Below the pieces are notes generated by a model. The model saw only the letters and a list, made by a program, of their open reading frames with translations. It did no database searches and was not told the DNA's origin. This document shows positions 20,910 to 31,137 of a DNA stretch of 64,000 nt, piece by piece. Made by a program: the position numbers and the translations under genes. The stretch's first letter is position 1, and every line of letters starts with the position of its first letter. This DNA is from Candidatus Tectimicrobiota bacterium (GTDB taxonomy: Bacteria; JACPUC01), in assembly GCA_016192455.1 (NCBI GenBank), contig JACPUC010000011.1, forward strand, positions 62,001 to 126,000, read 5' to 3'.

Positions 20910-21713
20910 TTACACCTCCGCGCCCGGCTGCTCGAGCATGCTCCGGCGCACCTCCGCCTCGATCATCGACCAGATGCGGTCGATGTAGGCGAGGAACTGC
21001 GGCGAACGCTTCACCGCCAAAGGCCGCGGGCGCGTCAGCTCGATGGGGATTTCGGCCTTGATGGTGGCCGGGCGGGAGCTGAAGACAACGACGCGGTCTG
21101 CCAGGTAGACCGCCTCCTCGATCTGGTGCGTCACGAAGAGCACCGTCTTGCGCGTGCCGCCCCAGGTCTTCAGGAGCTCGAGCTGCATGATCTCCCGGGT
21201 CTGCGCGTCGAGGGAGGCGAACGGCTCGTCCATGAGGAGGACCTGCGGTTCGATGATGAGCGCCCGCGCCAAGTTGACGCGCTGCTGCATGCCGCCGCTG
21301 AGCTCATACGGGTAGTGGTTCTCGAAGCCGCGCAGGCCCACGAGCTCGACGTAGTGCCGGGCGCGGGCGCGCGCCTCCCGGCGCGGCGTGCCGTGCAGCT
21401 CGAGGCCAAGGATGATGTTGTCGACCACCGTGCGCCACGGCAGCAGCGACGAATCCTGGAAGACGAACCCCTTGTCGATCCCCGGCTTGATCACCCGCTG
21501 GCCGTCCAGGAGAATCTCCCCCGAGTCGAAAGGGATGAGGCCGTCCAGGATGCGCAGGAAGGTCGTCTTGCCGCAGCCGCTCGGCCCGACGATGCAAATG
21601 AACTCGTTCTCCGCCACGCGCAGCTCGAGGCCGCTGAAGACCGGCAGGCTCTGCTCCGAGCGCAGGCTGGTAAACCCCTTGCAGAGGTCCTTGATCTCGA
21701 GCTTCGTCGGCAT
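20910..21713 (-). CDS. NitT/TauT-family ABC ATP-binding protein
   Basis: GPSGCGKTT, VFQDSSLLPW, LSGGMQQR, LLMDEPF. Confidence 0.92.
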   Translation of the reverse strand: MPTKLEIKDLCKGFTSLRSEQSLPVFSGLELRVAENEFICIVGPSGCGKTTFLRILDGLIPFDSGEILLDGQRVIKPGIDKGFVFQDSSLLPWRTVVDNIILGLELHGTPRREARARARHYVELVGLRGFENHYPYELSGGMQQRVNLARALIIEPQVLLMDEPFASLDAQTREIMQLELLKTWGGTRKTVLFVTHQIEEAVYLADRVVVFSSRPATIKAEIPIELTRPRPLAVKRSPQFLAYIDRIWSMIEAEVRRSMLEQPGAEV

Positions 21714-21871
21714 GGCAGGGTAAAGAACGTGACGTGGACCACGAGGGCAGGCGCGGCTCCTGGTTGGGAACCACCGGGGTGAAGCGATAGGCGCCCCGGC
21801 GGAGAGGCCCTCGCTCCACCCCGGCTTCCGTGGGGGTAGACGCGCCGCCCGGCAAGGAGACGAGCGCCGCC

Positions 21872-22864
21872 TCACAGACCCTTCAGCGCCTCCTCGATGT
21901 ACGACGTGTCGATGAGCGACGACATCGGCAGGGCCTGCTTGAGTTTCCCGGACTCCACCACGAGGTCGATCACCGCCTGATGGGCAGCCAGGTTGATGCG
22001 GCCGCCAGGGGTGAAGGCCTTGAGCTGCTTGATGTTGCTCTCGTAGGTGCGTTCGGCGTACTTCGGCGCCACGCGCGTCTCCTTCACGAGAACCTGCACC
22101 GCCGCGGCGCGATTCTTCTCATCCTCCAGCCAGCGCAGCGCCTTCGCGTTGCCCCGCAGGAAGCGCAGCACCTTGTCGCGATTTTGCTTGCCCCACTCGA
22201 TGTTGACGCCGATGGAGGTGAAGGCGAAGAGCGGGATGTGCCGCGCCGCGGTGTCGAGGATCTTCAGCCCATCGTCCTCCGCCTGGAAGGAGGTTGGCTG
22301 CGCCACCACCGACGCCGAGACGCCGCCGGTCTTCACCCCGGCGTAGCGCTGCGGCGTGCCCCCCAGCTCCAGGAGCTTGTAGTCGCTCGGATACTTCAGC
22401 CCGTTGCCCCGCATCATCTTGTGCAGGATCACCGTGCTGCCGGAGCGCAGGCTGGAGACCCCGATCGTTGTCCCCTTCAGGGCCGCCATGGTGGCGTACT
22501 TGGGGCCGGCGATGAGGTCGTAGGTGAGCTTCTCCTGGCTGCCGGCGATGATGACGATCTTGGCCTCTTTGGCGATGGCCACCACGGCGCTATCGACAGG
22601 GACGGTGTAGTTGAGGTTCGTGGCGTTCGTCGACAGGGCCTGCACGGACTCCGGGGGTTTCGTGAAGAATTTCTCGTCAATCGTCAGTCCAAGGTCGGCG
22701 AACATCCCCTTGGCGATGCCGATCCAGAGCGGCCACTGGTAGGAGGTGCGGGTGACCTCCCCCATGATGATGGTATCCGCCGCCCGCGCCGCGGTCCCCG
22801 CCACCCCCTGCGCCGCCACCGCCGCCATCAACCCGAGGACGAGCATCTTGAGCCAGCGCTGCAT
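21872..22864 (-). CDS. NitT/TauT (NMT1/SsuA-like) substrate-binding protein
   Basis: GGAGGAGG RBS, signal peptide, 'KGMFADLGL', 'LKGTTIGVS'. First gene of the operon. Confidence 0.85.
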   Translation of the reverse strand: MQRWLKMLVLGLMAAVAAQGVAGTAARAADTIIMGEVTRTSYQWPLWIGIAKGMFADLGLTIDEKFFTKPPESVQALSTNATNLNYTVPVDSAVVAIAKEAKIVIIAGSQEKLTYDLIAGPKYATMAALKGTTIGVSSLRSGSTVILHKMMRGNGLKYPSDYKLLELGGTPQRYAGVKTGGVSASVVAQPTSFQAEDDGLKILDTAARHIPLFAFTSIGVNIEWGKQNRDKVLRFLRGNAKALRWLEDEKNRAAAVQVLVKETRVAPKYAERTYESNIKQLKAFTPGGRINLAAHQAVIDLVVESGKLKQALPMSSLIDTSYIEEALKGL

Positions 22865-23247
22865 GGTCTTCCTCCTCCGGAACGCTGTTCTCCTGGGCTG
22901 TTCGAAGCCCTCCATTGAACGCTTGGGTCGTGCAGGCCGCACGGGACCGCCCACGAAACCGCCTCTCGACGATCCGAGCGTCGGCGCCACGCCCCCTACG
23001 GCTGCGCTCACCATGTCAAGAAGCAAGCGCTGTGTCAAGACATTTGCGTGCCTGCGGGGGCGGCAAGACGCCGGCGGCCGCGGCGCGGAGTTCCCGTGGG
23101 CAGGGCCGTGCAGCCGCGGCGGCCGTTGCGGAAAGCAACCAGGCAGGCACGCCCGGCGCTGAATTGGGGTATGCTAGGTGAATCGCATGCCTGGCGACGC
23201 CGCCGAGGCCACGGTGAGAGGAGACCGCCGGTAGCCCGTGCCGCCTG

Positions 23248-25170
23248 ATGCCGACGTCGCTCGCCCCTCATGATGGTAGCCAGCAGATGTCCTCACAGCA
23301 GACCGGAGCGTTGGTCGTTGCCCTGAGCGCCGCGTTGGGACTGAGCTACGTGGCCCTCCTCTATCTGCCGGCGTGGGACGCTCCGTTTCAGTTCGATTCG
23401 GAGATGATCGCGCAGAACTATCCCACCTTGCAGACCGCGGCGGCTCTCTGGGAGGGCATGCGCGCCAATCCCCGCCGCATGCTCTCGCTGCTGTCGTTCG
23501 CTGCCGATTTCCATCTCTTCGGCCTCAGCAGTCTGGCGTTCCGTCTGACGAACCTGGCGCTCCACCTCGCCAACACCCTGATCGTCTTCCTCCTCCTGCA
23601 GATGCTGCTGCGACAGCGCCCCGCGGCCCTCGGCCCCGCCGCGGCGGTGCTGCCGGCGGCGGTGATCGGCGCGCTGTTCTTCGCGCTCCACCCCATTCAG
23701 ACGCAGGCCGTGCTGCTGATCTGGCAACGCGTCGAGCTCCTCGCCTGCTTCTTCTTCCTCTGCTCGGTCCTTTGCTGGTGGGGGGCGCGCCGCAGGGCGG
23801 AGCGCGACGGACCCCGCTGGCGAGGCGGGCAGGGCGCCCTGCGTGCCGCCGCGCTCTTGACCATGGTGGCGGCGATGCTGAGCAAGGAGACCGCCGCCGT
23901 CCTCCCCGTCGTCCTCGGCATGCTCGAGTGGCAAGGCTGGCGCGGCAGCGCGCTGCGGCCCGCCGCTCGCCTGCGGCTGCTGGCGCCGTTCGCGGCGCTC
24001 CTGCCGCTCGTGCCCGTGCTGGTGATCCTGACGCCGGAGGTTGATAACTTCGGCGGCATGCCGCTACTGGCGACGCTCAGCGATTTCGAGCGCGGGGTGG
24101 GCGCCATGCGTGGCATCGACTACCTGCTCACCCAGTCGCGCGTTGTCTTGACCTACCTGGCGACGGTGGCCTTCCCCGTGGGACAGCACCTGGACCGCGC
24201 CGTGGGCCTGAGCCACTCGTTCCTGGAGTGGCGCGTCCTCTTCTCGGTAGGGGTGCTTGGCGGGCTGGCGCTGGCGCTGTGGCGTCTCGAACGGCGCCTG
24301 CCGCTGATGCGGGCGGGCGTGCTCTGGATTCTCCTGACCTTGTCGGTGACCTCGAGCATCATTCCGATCTGGGACCCGATGTTCGAGTACCGCATGTACC
24401 CGGCGATGGCCGGCGTGGCGCTGATGCTGGCATCGGTGGTGCGCGCGGCGCAGCGGCGCCTGCGCTCGCGCCCCGGGCGCTGCCTCGCGCTGAGCCTTCT
24501 GGTCATCTGGATGGCGGCATTGAGCCTCGGCACCTGGCGCCGGGCGACGGTCTGGGCCTCGCCCCTGACCCTCTACGGCGAATCGGTGCGGCGAAGCCCC
24601 GCCAACCAGCGCGCCCGCGTCAACTACGGCTTGGCCCTGTCGCAGGCGGGCTGCCACGACAAGGCGCTCCACGGCTTGCTCCTCGCCGTGCGTCTCAACC
24701 CGCTGAACGTGAAGGCCACCCTGCAGACCGGCTTTGCCCTGCGCCGGCTGCGGCAGCCCGATCGCGCCTTGCGGTTCTTTGAGCACGCCATGCGCCTCGA
24801 CCCCACCCTGAGCGCGCCGCGCGTCAATCGCGGCGAGATCTCCTTGCAGAAAGGACTGCTCAACCGCGCCATCGCGGAGTTCGACGAAGCTCTGCTGCGG
24901 CTGCCGAGCAACGCCTCCGCTCACAACAACCTGGGACTGGCCCTCATCCGGGTGGGGCGCGTCGAGGGCGGCGCGCGGCACCTGGAAATCGCCGCTCCGC
25001 GCCTGTGGGAAGCGCTGTTCAACCTGGCGCGCCTGTACGCCGCCAGAGGAGAGGCGGAGCGCGCCCGCGCGTACTACGAACGGACCCTGCGCCACCCCTC
25101 CCTGCCCCCAGAACGTCGCGCCACCCTGCCGAATCCCCTCGCTGCCGCTCCCGAACCTGCGGCGCGCTAA
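23248..25170 (+). CDS. TMTC-like multi-TM (GT-C-like) membrane protein with C-terminal TPR repeats
   Basis: 'FRLTNLALHLAN', 'LFFALHPIQTQAV', 'MLSKETA', 'EYRMYP', 'WASPLTLY', followed by TPRs such as 'AHNNLGLAL'. Confidence 0.8.
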   Translation: MPTSLAPHDGSQQMSSQQTGALVVALSAALGLSYVALLYLPAWDAPFQFDSEMIAQNYPTLQTAAALWEGMRANPRRMLSLLSFAADFHLFGLSSLAFRLTNLALHLANTLIVFLLLQMLLRQRPAALGPAAAVLPAAVIGALFFALHPIQTQAVLLIWQRVELLACFFFLCSVLCWWGARRRAERDGPRWRGGQGALRAAALLTMVAAMLSKETAAVLPVVLGMLEWQGWRGSALRPAARLRLLAPFAALLPLVPVLVILTPEVDNFGGMPLLATLSDFERGVGAMRGIDYLLTQSRVVLTYLATVAFPVGQHLDRAVGLSHSFLEWRVLFSVGVLGGLALALWRLERRLPLMRAGVLWILLTLSVTSSIIPIWDPMFEYRMYPAMAGVALMLASVVRAAQRRLRSRPGRCLALSLLVIWMAALSLGTWRRATVWASPLTLYGESVRRSPANQRARVNYGLALSQAGCHDKALHGLLLAVRLNPLNVKATLQTGFALRRLRQPDRALRFFEHAMRLDPTLSAPRVNRGEISLQKGLLNRAIAEFDEALLRLPSNASAHNNLGLALIRVGRVEGGARHLEIAAPRLWEALFNLARLYAARGEAERARAYYERTLRHPSLPPERRATLPNPLAAAPEPAAR

Positions 25171-25340
25171 CGCCTTCGTCATCAGGAGCGACTGGTACGG
25201 CAGATGCGCGGACCAGGCGCAATCAGCGGCGCCTTGGCGCGCTGCGGCGGGATTTGGGTTGCCAGGAGGCCGCCGATGGCGTAGACTTGAAAACGCCTGG
25301 CTTGGTGGGGTGCATCGTCCCGCCGGGGTGGAGTCCGGCT

Positions 25341-25433
<93 letters not shown>

Positions 25434-25621
25434 CGCAGGTGCGACAGATTAAAGCTCGTTACGTCTCGCGAGTCAGCCGGGGCCGGTGGCAGCGTAAGCT
25501 CATAATGCGGTGCCGCACACTCCTGCGGTGCTTCTTCCCCAGAAGCACCAGGTTGAAGGTCTGGCACATCCCCTTTGCGCAGTCGTGATGTCAACGCCGT
25601 CCTCCCCGGGGCGGAGAAGGT

Positions 25622-26743
25622 ATGCTCTCACGCCTCGATCTCTCGCAGCGTGAACGGTATCGCCGCTACTACTATGAGCTGGCGCGCGATCAGCTTGAGG
25701 CGTACCTCCTCGACTACATGCTGCTGCGCTCCTACGCCAACTTCAAAGCGGCAAACACCCCCTATCCCTTCGTCGAGATGCGGGAGCTGAAGCCCGGCGG
25801 CTTCTCGCCGCATTTCGAGAATCCCCTCCATAACCGTCTCTTGCTTCTCCTCTATGAGGGCAGCCTGAAGGATCGGCTGAAGAAACACCTGCGCTATCGG
25901 GAGAAGAACGCCCTCATCCTGAAGAACCTGCGCGAGTTCGACGTGGAACTGCCGCGGGCGCTGCTCTCGGAAGCGAAGATTCTCGGCGCGCCGCCCTTCG
26001 GCAACCTGCTGGAGAGTCTCCTGCCTCTGGACTATGCCATCCTCATCCAGCAGGACGTGCTGGCGGGGGAGCGCCTGCGCTTCGCGGTTTCGCACTTCCA
26101 CGTCAAGATCGACGTGCTCCTCGACGAGATGGTCGAGCAGCTTGCCAAGCGCCTGAAGTACATCACGCGCGACCTCTTCGAGCGGGGTGAGACGTATGCC
26201 CAGCTCCTGGAGCACAAGTTCTTCGAGTACTACAGCTTCCACGAAACCGTGGCGGGGCGGCGCAGCGCCGCCATGATCGCGCACCAACTCCTGCGGCAGC
26301 GGGAGGAAGGGTCAACCGTCTTCGTCGGCAGCACCGAGGGGCGCAGCCTCACCTCGCTGGACGAGGAGACGATCAGCAAGCAGTTGCTGCTCTCGCTCAC
26401 CCGCCAGGACCTGCGCGCCATCCTGAAGCGCAAGAACCTGCGGCCGGACGCCTTCACCGAGCACTACGCGGTGGACACCGATGAGAAGAGCTGCGTGGTG
26501 ATCTTCAAGTGCGTCTATGAGCACACCGAGCAGGCCCTGCCGCCGCGCGACGGCAGGCTCCGCGGCGACCTCAACCCGAAGGCGCGCTGGGTGACGATCA
26601 CGAAGCAGTTCATTGTGCCCAAGCCCGGCCATCACGACCAACGCCCCATTCCGTACCCCACGATCTACCGCGCCGCAGCCCCGAAAGATGATCCTCCAGC
26701 TCAGTCCAAGGCGGTGGAGGCCTCGCCGGCGCCTGCCTCGTGA
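25622..26743 (+). CDS. Hypothetical soluble protein
   Basis: 373-aa ORF with host-like codon usage, GGAGAAGG RBS and normal globular composition. No motif recognised. Confidence 0.75.
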   Translation: MLSRLDLSQRERYRRYYYELARDQLEAYLLDYMLLRSYANFKAANTPYPFVEMRELKPGGFSPHFENPLHNRLLLLLYEGSLKDRLKKHLRYREKNALILKNLREFDVELPRALLSEAKILGAPPFGNLLESLLPLDYAILIQQDVLAGERLRFAVSHFHVKIDVLLDEMVEQLAKRLKYITRDLFERGETYAQLLEHKFFEYYSFHETVAGRRSAAMIAHQLLRQREEGSTVFVGSTEGRSLTSLDEETISKQLLLSLTRQDLRAILKRKNLRPDAFTEHYAVDTDEKSCVVIFKCVYEHTEQALPPRDGRLRGDLNPKARWVTITKQFIVPKPGHHDQRPIPYPTIYRAAAPKDDPPAQSKAVEASPAPAS

Positions 26744-26831
26744 TGCCGCGCCGGCACGCCGCGCGGGGGCGCCGGCGGCCCCAGGGCGTTCGCGGCCCGA
26801 GGCGCCCCAGGCCTGCGAACGCATCCTGCGC

Positions 26832-27848
26832 CTACCGCATGCCGCGCACCCGCTCGAAGACGTGCTGGGTGAAGAGATCGAGCTGCTGGAACTGATGCCG
26901 CGAGGCAAAGCGCACGATGAAGTGGCGACAGCCGGCCTCCACCAAGCCGCCCACGCGGTCGATGATCTCCTGCGGGCTGCCGAAGGGGTCGCGGCGCCAG
27001 AACGAGTCGGAGAGGTCCTTGAGGCTCGAGACGTAGTAGGCGTTCAGGTACTCCAGCGCCTCGGCGCGCGCCTGCCGGCGATCCGGGTTGACGTTCACCG
27101 TCATCTGGTAGGCCGGTTCCAGCGCCTCGGGGTCGCGGCCGTACTCCGCCGCGTAAGCGCGCACCGCCTGCCAGAGTTCGCGGTACTCCTCCTGCGTGGC
27201 GGTGCACGTCATCCAGCCGTCGGCTAGGCGGCCGACGCGCCGCAGCATGCGCTCGCGCAGCTTCGAGCCGACGGCGTAGATTTGCGGGTTGTTGGCCAGC
27301 CAGATGGGGGGACAGGGAACCTGCCTGGGGCGCAGGCCGGCGGGCACCGCGTCGAGGTGGTGAAACTTGCCGTGGTAGGTGAAGCGTTCCTGCGTCCAGA
27401 GGCCGCGCAGCACCGCTACCTGCTCCTCGAGGAGCGCGCCGCGCGTCTTCTTCTCCACGCCGGCGACGGCGAACTCCTTCTCGTTCTCGCCCCCCTCGTA
27501 CTCGGGGCTGGCGGCGCCGACGGCCATGTTGAGGATGGTGCGGCCCTCGCTCAACTGATCGATGGTGGCCCAGTGCAGCGCCAGCCAGACAGTGTGGCGC
27601 AGCGTGGCGATGAGAATGGCGGTGCCCAGCTTCACGCGCCGCGTGCGCGCCGCAATGGCGGCAAGCGTCGTGAGGCTCTCGTAGCGCGCCGTGCCGAAGA
27701 AATTGTCGCCGGCAAAGACGTAGTCGTAGCCGAGCGCCTCGGCTCGTTCGGCAAGCTCGAGCATGCGCGGCGGCGGGTAGTCCTGCGGGAAGATTACCGG
27801 CACCCGGTTGTTGACGTTGATGCCAAGATGGACACGATCCGCGCTCAT
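26832..27848 (-). CDS. LLM-class flavin-dependent oxidoreductase
   Basis: 'AERAEALGYDYVFAGDN', 'LAAIAARTRRVKLGT', 'ATIDQLSEGR', 'PPIWLA', 'RRVGRLADGW'. Confidence 0.9.
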   Translation of the reverse strand: MSADRVHLGINVNNRVPVIFPQDYPPPRMLELAERAEALGYDYVFAGDNFFGTARYESLTTLAAIAARTRRVKLGTAILIATLRHTVWLALHWATIDQLSEGRTILNMAVGAASPEYEGGENEKEFAVAGVEKKTRGALLEEQVAVLRGLWTQERFTYHGKFHHLDAVPAGLRPRQVPCPPIWLANNPQIYAVGSKLRERMLRRVGRLADGWMTCTATQEEYRELWQAVRAYAAEYGRDPEALEPAYQMTVNVNPDRRQARAEALEYLNAYYVSSLKDLSDSFWRRDPFGSPQEIIDRVGGLVEAGCRHFIVRFASRHQFQQLDLFTQHVFERVRGMR

Positions 27849-28312
27849 CGCCTGCTTCCTCTCGCCGGCCGCGCCTCGAAGCTTCGTTCCGGGACGCGCC
27901 GCCCGCGGCACGGCGGCGCCGCCCTGCCGCGCGCGCCCAGGGTGCCGCATTCTCTCCCGCCGCGCAAGGAGGAGCACGCCACCCCCCCAGCCAACCTCGG
28001 CGAACCCTGCCGCGGGAGCCAGGCAGCCTGCCGCGGCATGGCGCCCGCCCCCTGCCGCCGGCCGGGGCGGCGCGCCCGGCGCGAGGCCGTGAGCGGGAGG
28101 CGCGCGGGCCGCCTTGCGTTCTGCGGCCGGGGTTGGTACATAGAAGGGGGGCGGCTCGCTGGGATGTGCCCGGTCGGCAGGTGACGGCGCGGGTTTTTTT
28201 GTGTCCGCGCGCCCAGCGAGCCCGGCTCCCGGCGGCGGCGGCGGTGCCGCGCCACGGCAACGTCTGAAGGAGGGGCATTCCTCGTCTGGGTTCTCACGTG
28301 GGAGTGTTGGTT

Positions 28313-29395
28313 ATGGAGATCAGGCCCCAACCCATCGCGCCGGGCATCGACCTCGTCAAGCTCGTGGATGAAGGCTTCGTCGCCTTCAACGGGGGGCGCT
28401 TGCGCGAGATCTGCTGGCTTTTGCGGGAAGTGCTGCGGAATCCCCGCACCACCGTCGGCTGGAGCCTTGCCGGAGCCCTCACCCCGCTCGGCTATGGCAT
28501 CAGTATGTTCGCGCCCCTCATGCGAGCCGGGTTCATCGACTACGTCGTCTCCACCGGAGCCAACCTCTACCACGACATGCACTACTCGCTGCAATACTCG
28601 TTCGAGGTGGAGTACCCCGGCAAGGACGACCTCCTCCTGCGCCAGGAGGAACGCATCCGCATCTACGACGTGACCTTCGATGCCGAGGCGCTCCTGCAGA
28701 CGGACCAGTACTCCTACCGCCTCATGAAGAACCCCGAGTTCAAGGGCCGCATGGGCACGGCGGAGCTGCACTACAAGATGGGGCGCTACGTGCTGGAGAC
28801 GGAGCGGCGGCATGGCCTGCCGCACCACGGCTTGATGGCCACCGCCCACGAGCTGGGCGTCCCCCTCTACACGCCGGCTCCCAGCGACGGCACCATCGGC
28901 CTCAACCTCGGGGCGCTCCGCCTGTTGGACCCCGACCTCGAGATCGACGTCGTCCACGACCTCAATGAGTTCACCGCCATGGCCTACGACGCCCGCCAGG
29001 CAGGCGCCGAGAGCGCCGTGGTCATCCTCGGCGGCGGCGTGCCGAAGAACTACATGCTGCAGCCCGGGCCGCAGATTCAAGAGGTGCTGAAGCTGAAGTA
29101 CGAGGGCCACGACTACTTCGTGCAGATCACCGATGCCCGCCAGGACACCGGCGGCCTCTCCGGCGCCACCCCCGCCGAGGCGTTCACCTGGGGCAAGGTG
29201 ACGGAGAAGAGCCTGAACCGCAACATCGTCTGCTACGTCGATACCACCATCGCCCTGCCGATCATCACCGCCTATCTCCTCGCCACCTGTCAGCCGCGGC
29301 CCCTGAAGCGCCTCTACGACCAACGCCTGGAGCGCCTCGCGCGCTTCACCGAGGTCTACCGCACGGAAGCCGCCAAAAGGGCTGAGCAGCGCTGA
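28313..29395 (+). CDS. Deoxyhypusine synthase-like protein (probable homospermidine/polyamine biosynthesis)
   Basis: 'AGALTP', 'VSTGANLYHD', 'IRIYD', 'GGGVPKNY' with the catalytic Lys, 'DTGGLSGATPAEAFTWGKV'. A GTG start at 28298 is also possible. Confidence 0.9.
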   Translation: MEIRPQPIAPGIDLVKLVDEGFVAFNGGRLREICWLLREVLRNPRTTVGWSLAGALTPLGYGISMFAPLMRAGFIDYVVSTGANLYHDMHYSLQYSFEVEYPGKDDLLLRQEERIRIYDVTFDAEALLQTDQYSYRLMKNPEFKGRMGTAELHYKMGRYVLETERRHGLPHHGLMATAHELGVPLYTPAPSDGTIGLNLGALRLLDPDLEIDVVHDLNEFTAMAYDARQAGAESAVVILGGGVPKNYMLQPGPQIQEVLKLKYEGHDYFVQITDARQDTGGLSGATPAEAFTWGKVTEKSLNRNIVCYVDTTIALPIITAYLLATCQPRPLKRLYDQRLERLARFTEVYRTEAAKRAEQR

Positions 29396-29668
29396 GCCGC
29401 CGGCGGGCTCATCGGCAGAGCGGGCTCGCCGTCGCCGATGCGCCGTTCGGGGTGCCCACCCCTAACTCCCCTGCCTGCCTGAGCCTTGCACGCAGACAGG
29501 TGCAGGTTCTTTTACGGCTCCCGGCGGCCACTCCATGAGCCAGGAACCACGATCTCAGGCCCGTGGCCACCGTTTTTCAACGCCCCAGGCGATAGACGCG
29601 CTCCCTGGGATCCCTCGCCCCCGCCGCGCCCGCGACGATGCGGGAACGGCTCTGCTGATCGGCCAGGC

Positions 29669-31027
29669 TCACCGCGGCGCGCTCCACCAGACGGGCTCCC
29701 CCTTCTCGTTCTCGTCGGCCAGCAGCAGGCGCGTCAGTTTGCCCTCCACGTGCAGGACCGCGCGGAGGTTCCCCTTCTCGTCGTACAGCGCCAGGTTCTG
29801 TCCTCTGTCCTCCACGCCCAAGTCCACGCGGAGTTTCCCGTTCTCGTCGCGCAGCGCCAGGAGCGGTCCCTTGTCCGTCACGCCCAAGCCCACGCGGAGT
29901 TTCCCCTTCTCGTCGGCCAGCCCCAGGAGCGGCCGTTTGTCCTCCACCTCCAGGACCGCGCGGAGGTTCTCCTTCTCGTCGTACAGCCCCAGGCGCGTCC
30001 GTTTGTCCTCCACGCCCAGGTGCGCGCGGAGGTTCCCCTTCTCGTCGTCCAGCGACAGGGTCGGTCCGGCGGACCCCACGCTCAGGTTCGCGCGGCCAAC
30101 TCCCTTCTCGTCGTCCAGCCACAGGGTCGGTCCGAGGGACCCCACTCTCAGGCTTGCGCGGTTAACTCCCTTCTCGTCGTCCAGCGTCAGAGATGGCCCG
30201 CTGGCCGTCATCATCATAGCCATGCGGGTTTTCCCCTTCTCGTCGTACAGCGCCAGGTCCGGTACTCTGTCCTCCACGCCCAAGCCCACGCGGGATTTCC
30301 CGTTCTCGTCGGCCAGCACCAGGCGCGTCCATTTGTCTTCCACGCCCAGGTGTGCGCGGAGGTTCCCCTTCTCGTCGGCCAGCCACAGGCGCGGTCCGTC
30401 GGCCCACGCGCCCAGGCTCGCGCGGGATTTCCCCTTCTCGTCGCCCAGCCACAGGCGCGGTCCGTCGGCCCACGCGCCCAGGCTCGCGCGGGGTTGCCCC
30501 TTCTCGTCGGTCAGCCACAGGCGCGGTCCGTCGGCCCACGCGCCCAGGTCCACGCGAGATCCCCCTTTCTCGTCGGCCAGCACCAGGGACGGCCCGCTGT
30601 CCGTCGCACTCAGGCCCGCGCGGACTTTCCCCGTCTCGTCGTGCAGCCCCAGGCGCGGTCCGCCGGCCAACACGCCCAGGCTCAGGCGGGGTTTCCCCGT
30701 CTCGTCGTGCAGCCACAGGCGCGGTCCGCCGGCCGTCGCGGCCAAGCCCGCGCGGAGTTTCCCCTTCTCGTCGTGCAGCCACAGGCCCGGTACGCCGGCC
30801 ACCATACGCAGCCTGGCGCGCTCTCTACCGGCGCTGTCCACGAGGATGAACGCCCGCGCACGCACCTCCTCCAGGCCCGCTTGGGCGGCTCCCAGGGCGC
30901 CCCGCATGAGGAGCGCGGCGGCCAGGAATCCGCCAACCGCCAACAGCAAGCGGGTGCGCCGCCTGGCGCTCGCCAGTTGGCGCTCCAGCCTCTCCAGCCT
31001 CGCTTCCATGTCCATGCTGCCTCCCAT
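29669..31027 (-). CDS. Membrane-anchored protein with ~18 tandem 22-aa beta-type repeats
   Basis: N-terminal coiled coil 'LERLERQL' plus a TM helix, then the unit P-x-L-x-L-x-D-E-K-G-x-x-R-x-x-L-G-x5 (17 DE[KTN] units plus one 'VDSAG' unit). Confidence 0.8.
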   Translation of the reverse strand: MGGSMDMEARLERLERQLASARRRTRLLLAVGGFLAAALLMRGALGAAQAGLEEVRARAFILVDSAGRERARLRMVAGVPGLWLHDEKGKLRAGLAATAGGPRLWLHDETGKPRLSLGVLAGGPRLGLHDETGKVRAGLSATDSGPSLVLADEKGGSRVDLGAWADGPRLWLTDEKGQPRASLGAWADGPRLWLGDEKGKSRASLGAWADGPRLWLADEKGNLRAHLGVEDKWTRLVLADENGKSRVGLGVEDRVPDLALYDEKGKTRMAMMMTASGPSLTLDDEKGVNRASLRVGSLGPTLWLDDEKGVGRANLSVGSAGPTLSLDDEKGNLRAHLGVEDKRTRLGLYDEKENLRAVLEVEDKRPLLGLADEKGKLRVGLGVTDKGPLLALRDENGKLRVDLGVEDRGQNLALYDEKGNLRAVLHVEGKLTRLLLADENEKGEPVWWSAPR

Positions 31028-31137
31028 GAGCCCTCACGGATAAAAACAACAGACAGGCCGGCGCGAGGCCGGCTTTTCGGCGTTCCGTTGGCTCCCCAAG
31101 TGAACGGTCGCTCTCCCCTCAGCCTGCCGATGGTCGC

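Noticed and set aside
25562..25578. sigma54 promoter TGGCAC...TTGC upstream of the hypothetical gene
   Set aside because: Spacing is GG-N12-GC rather than the required GG-N10-GC.
29669..31027. Diversity-generating retroelement target
   Set aside because: There is no reverse transcriptase and no non-coding template repeat, and I saw no adenine-specific variation.
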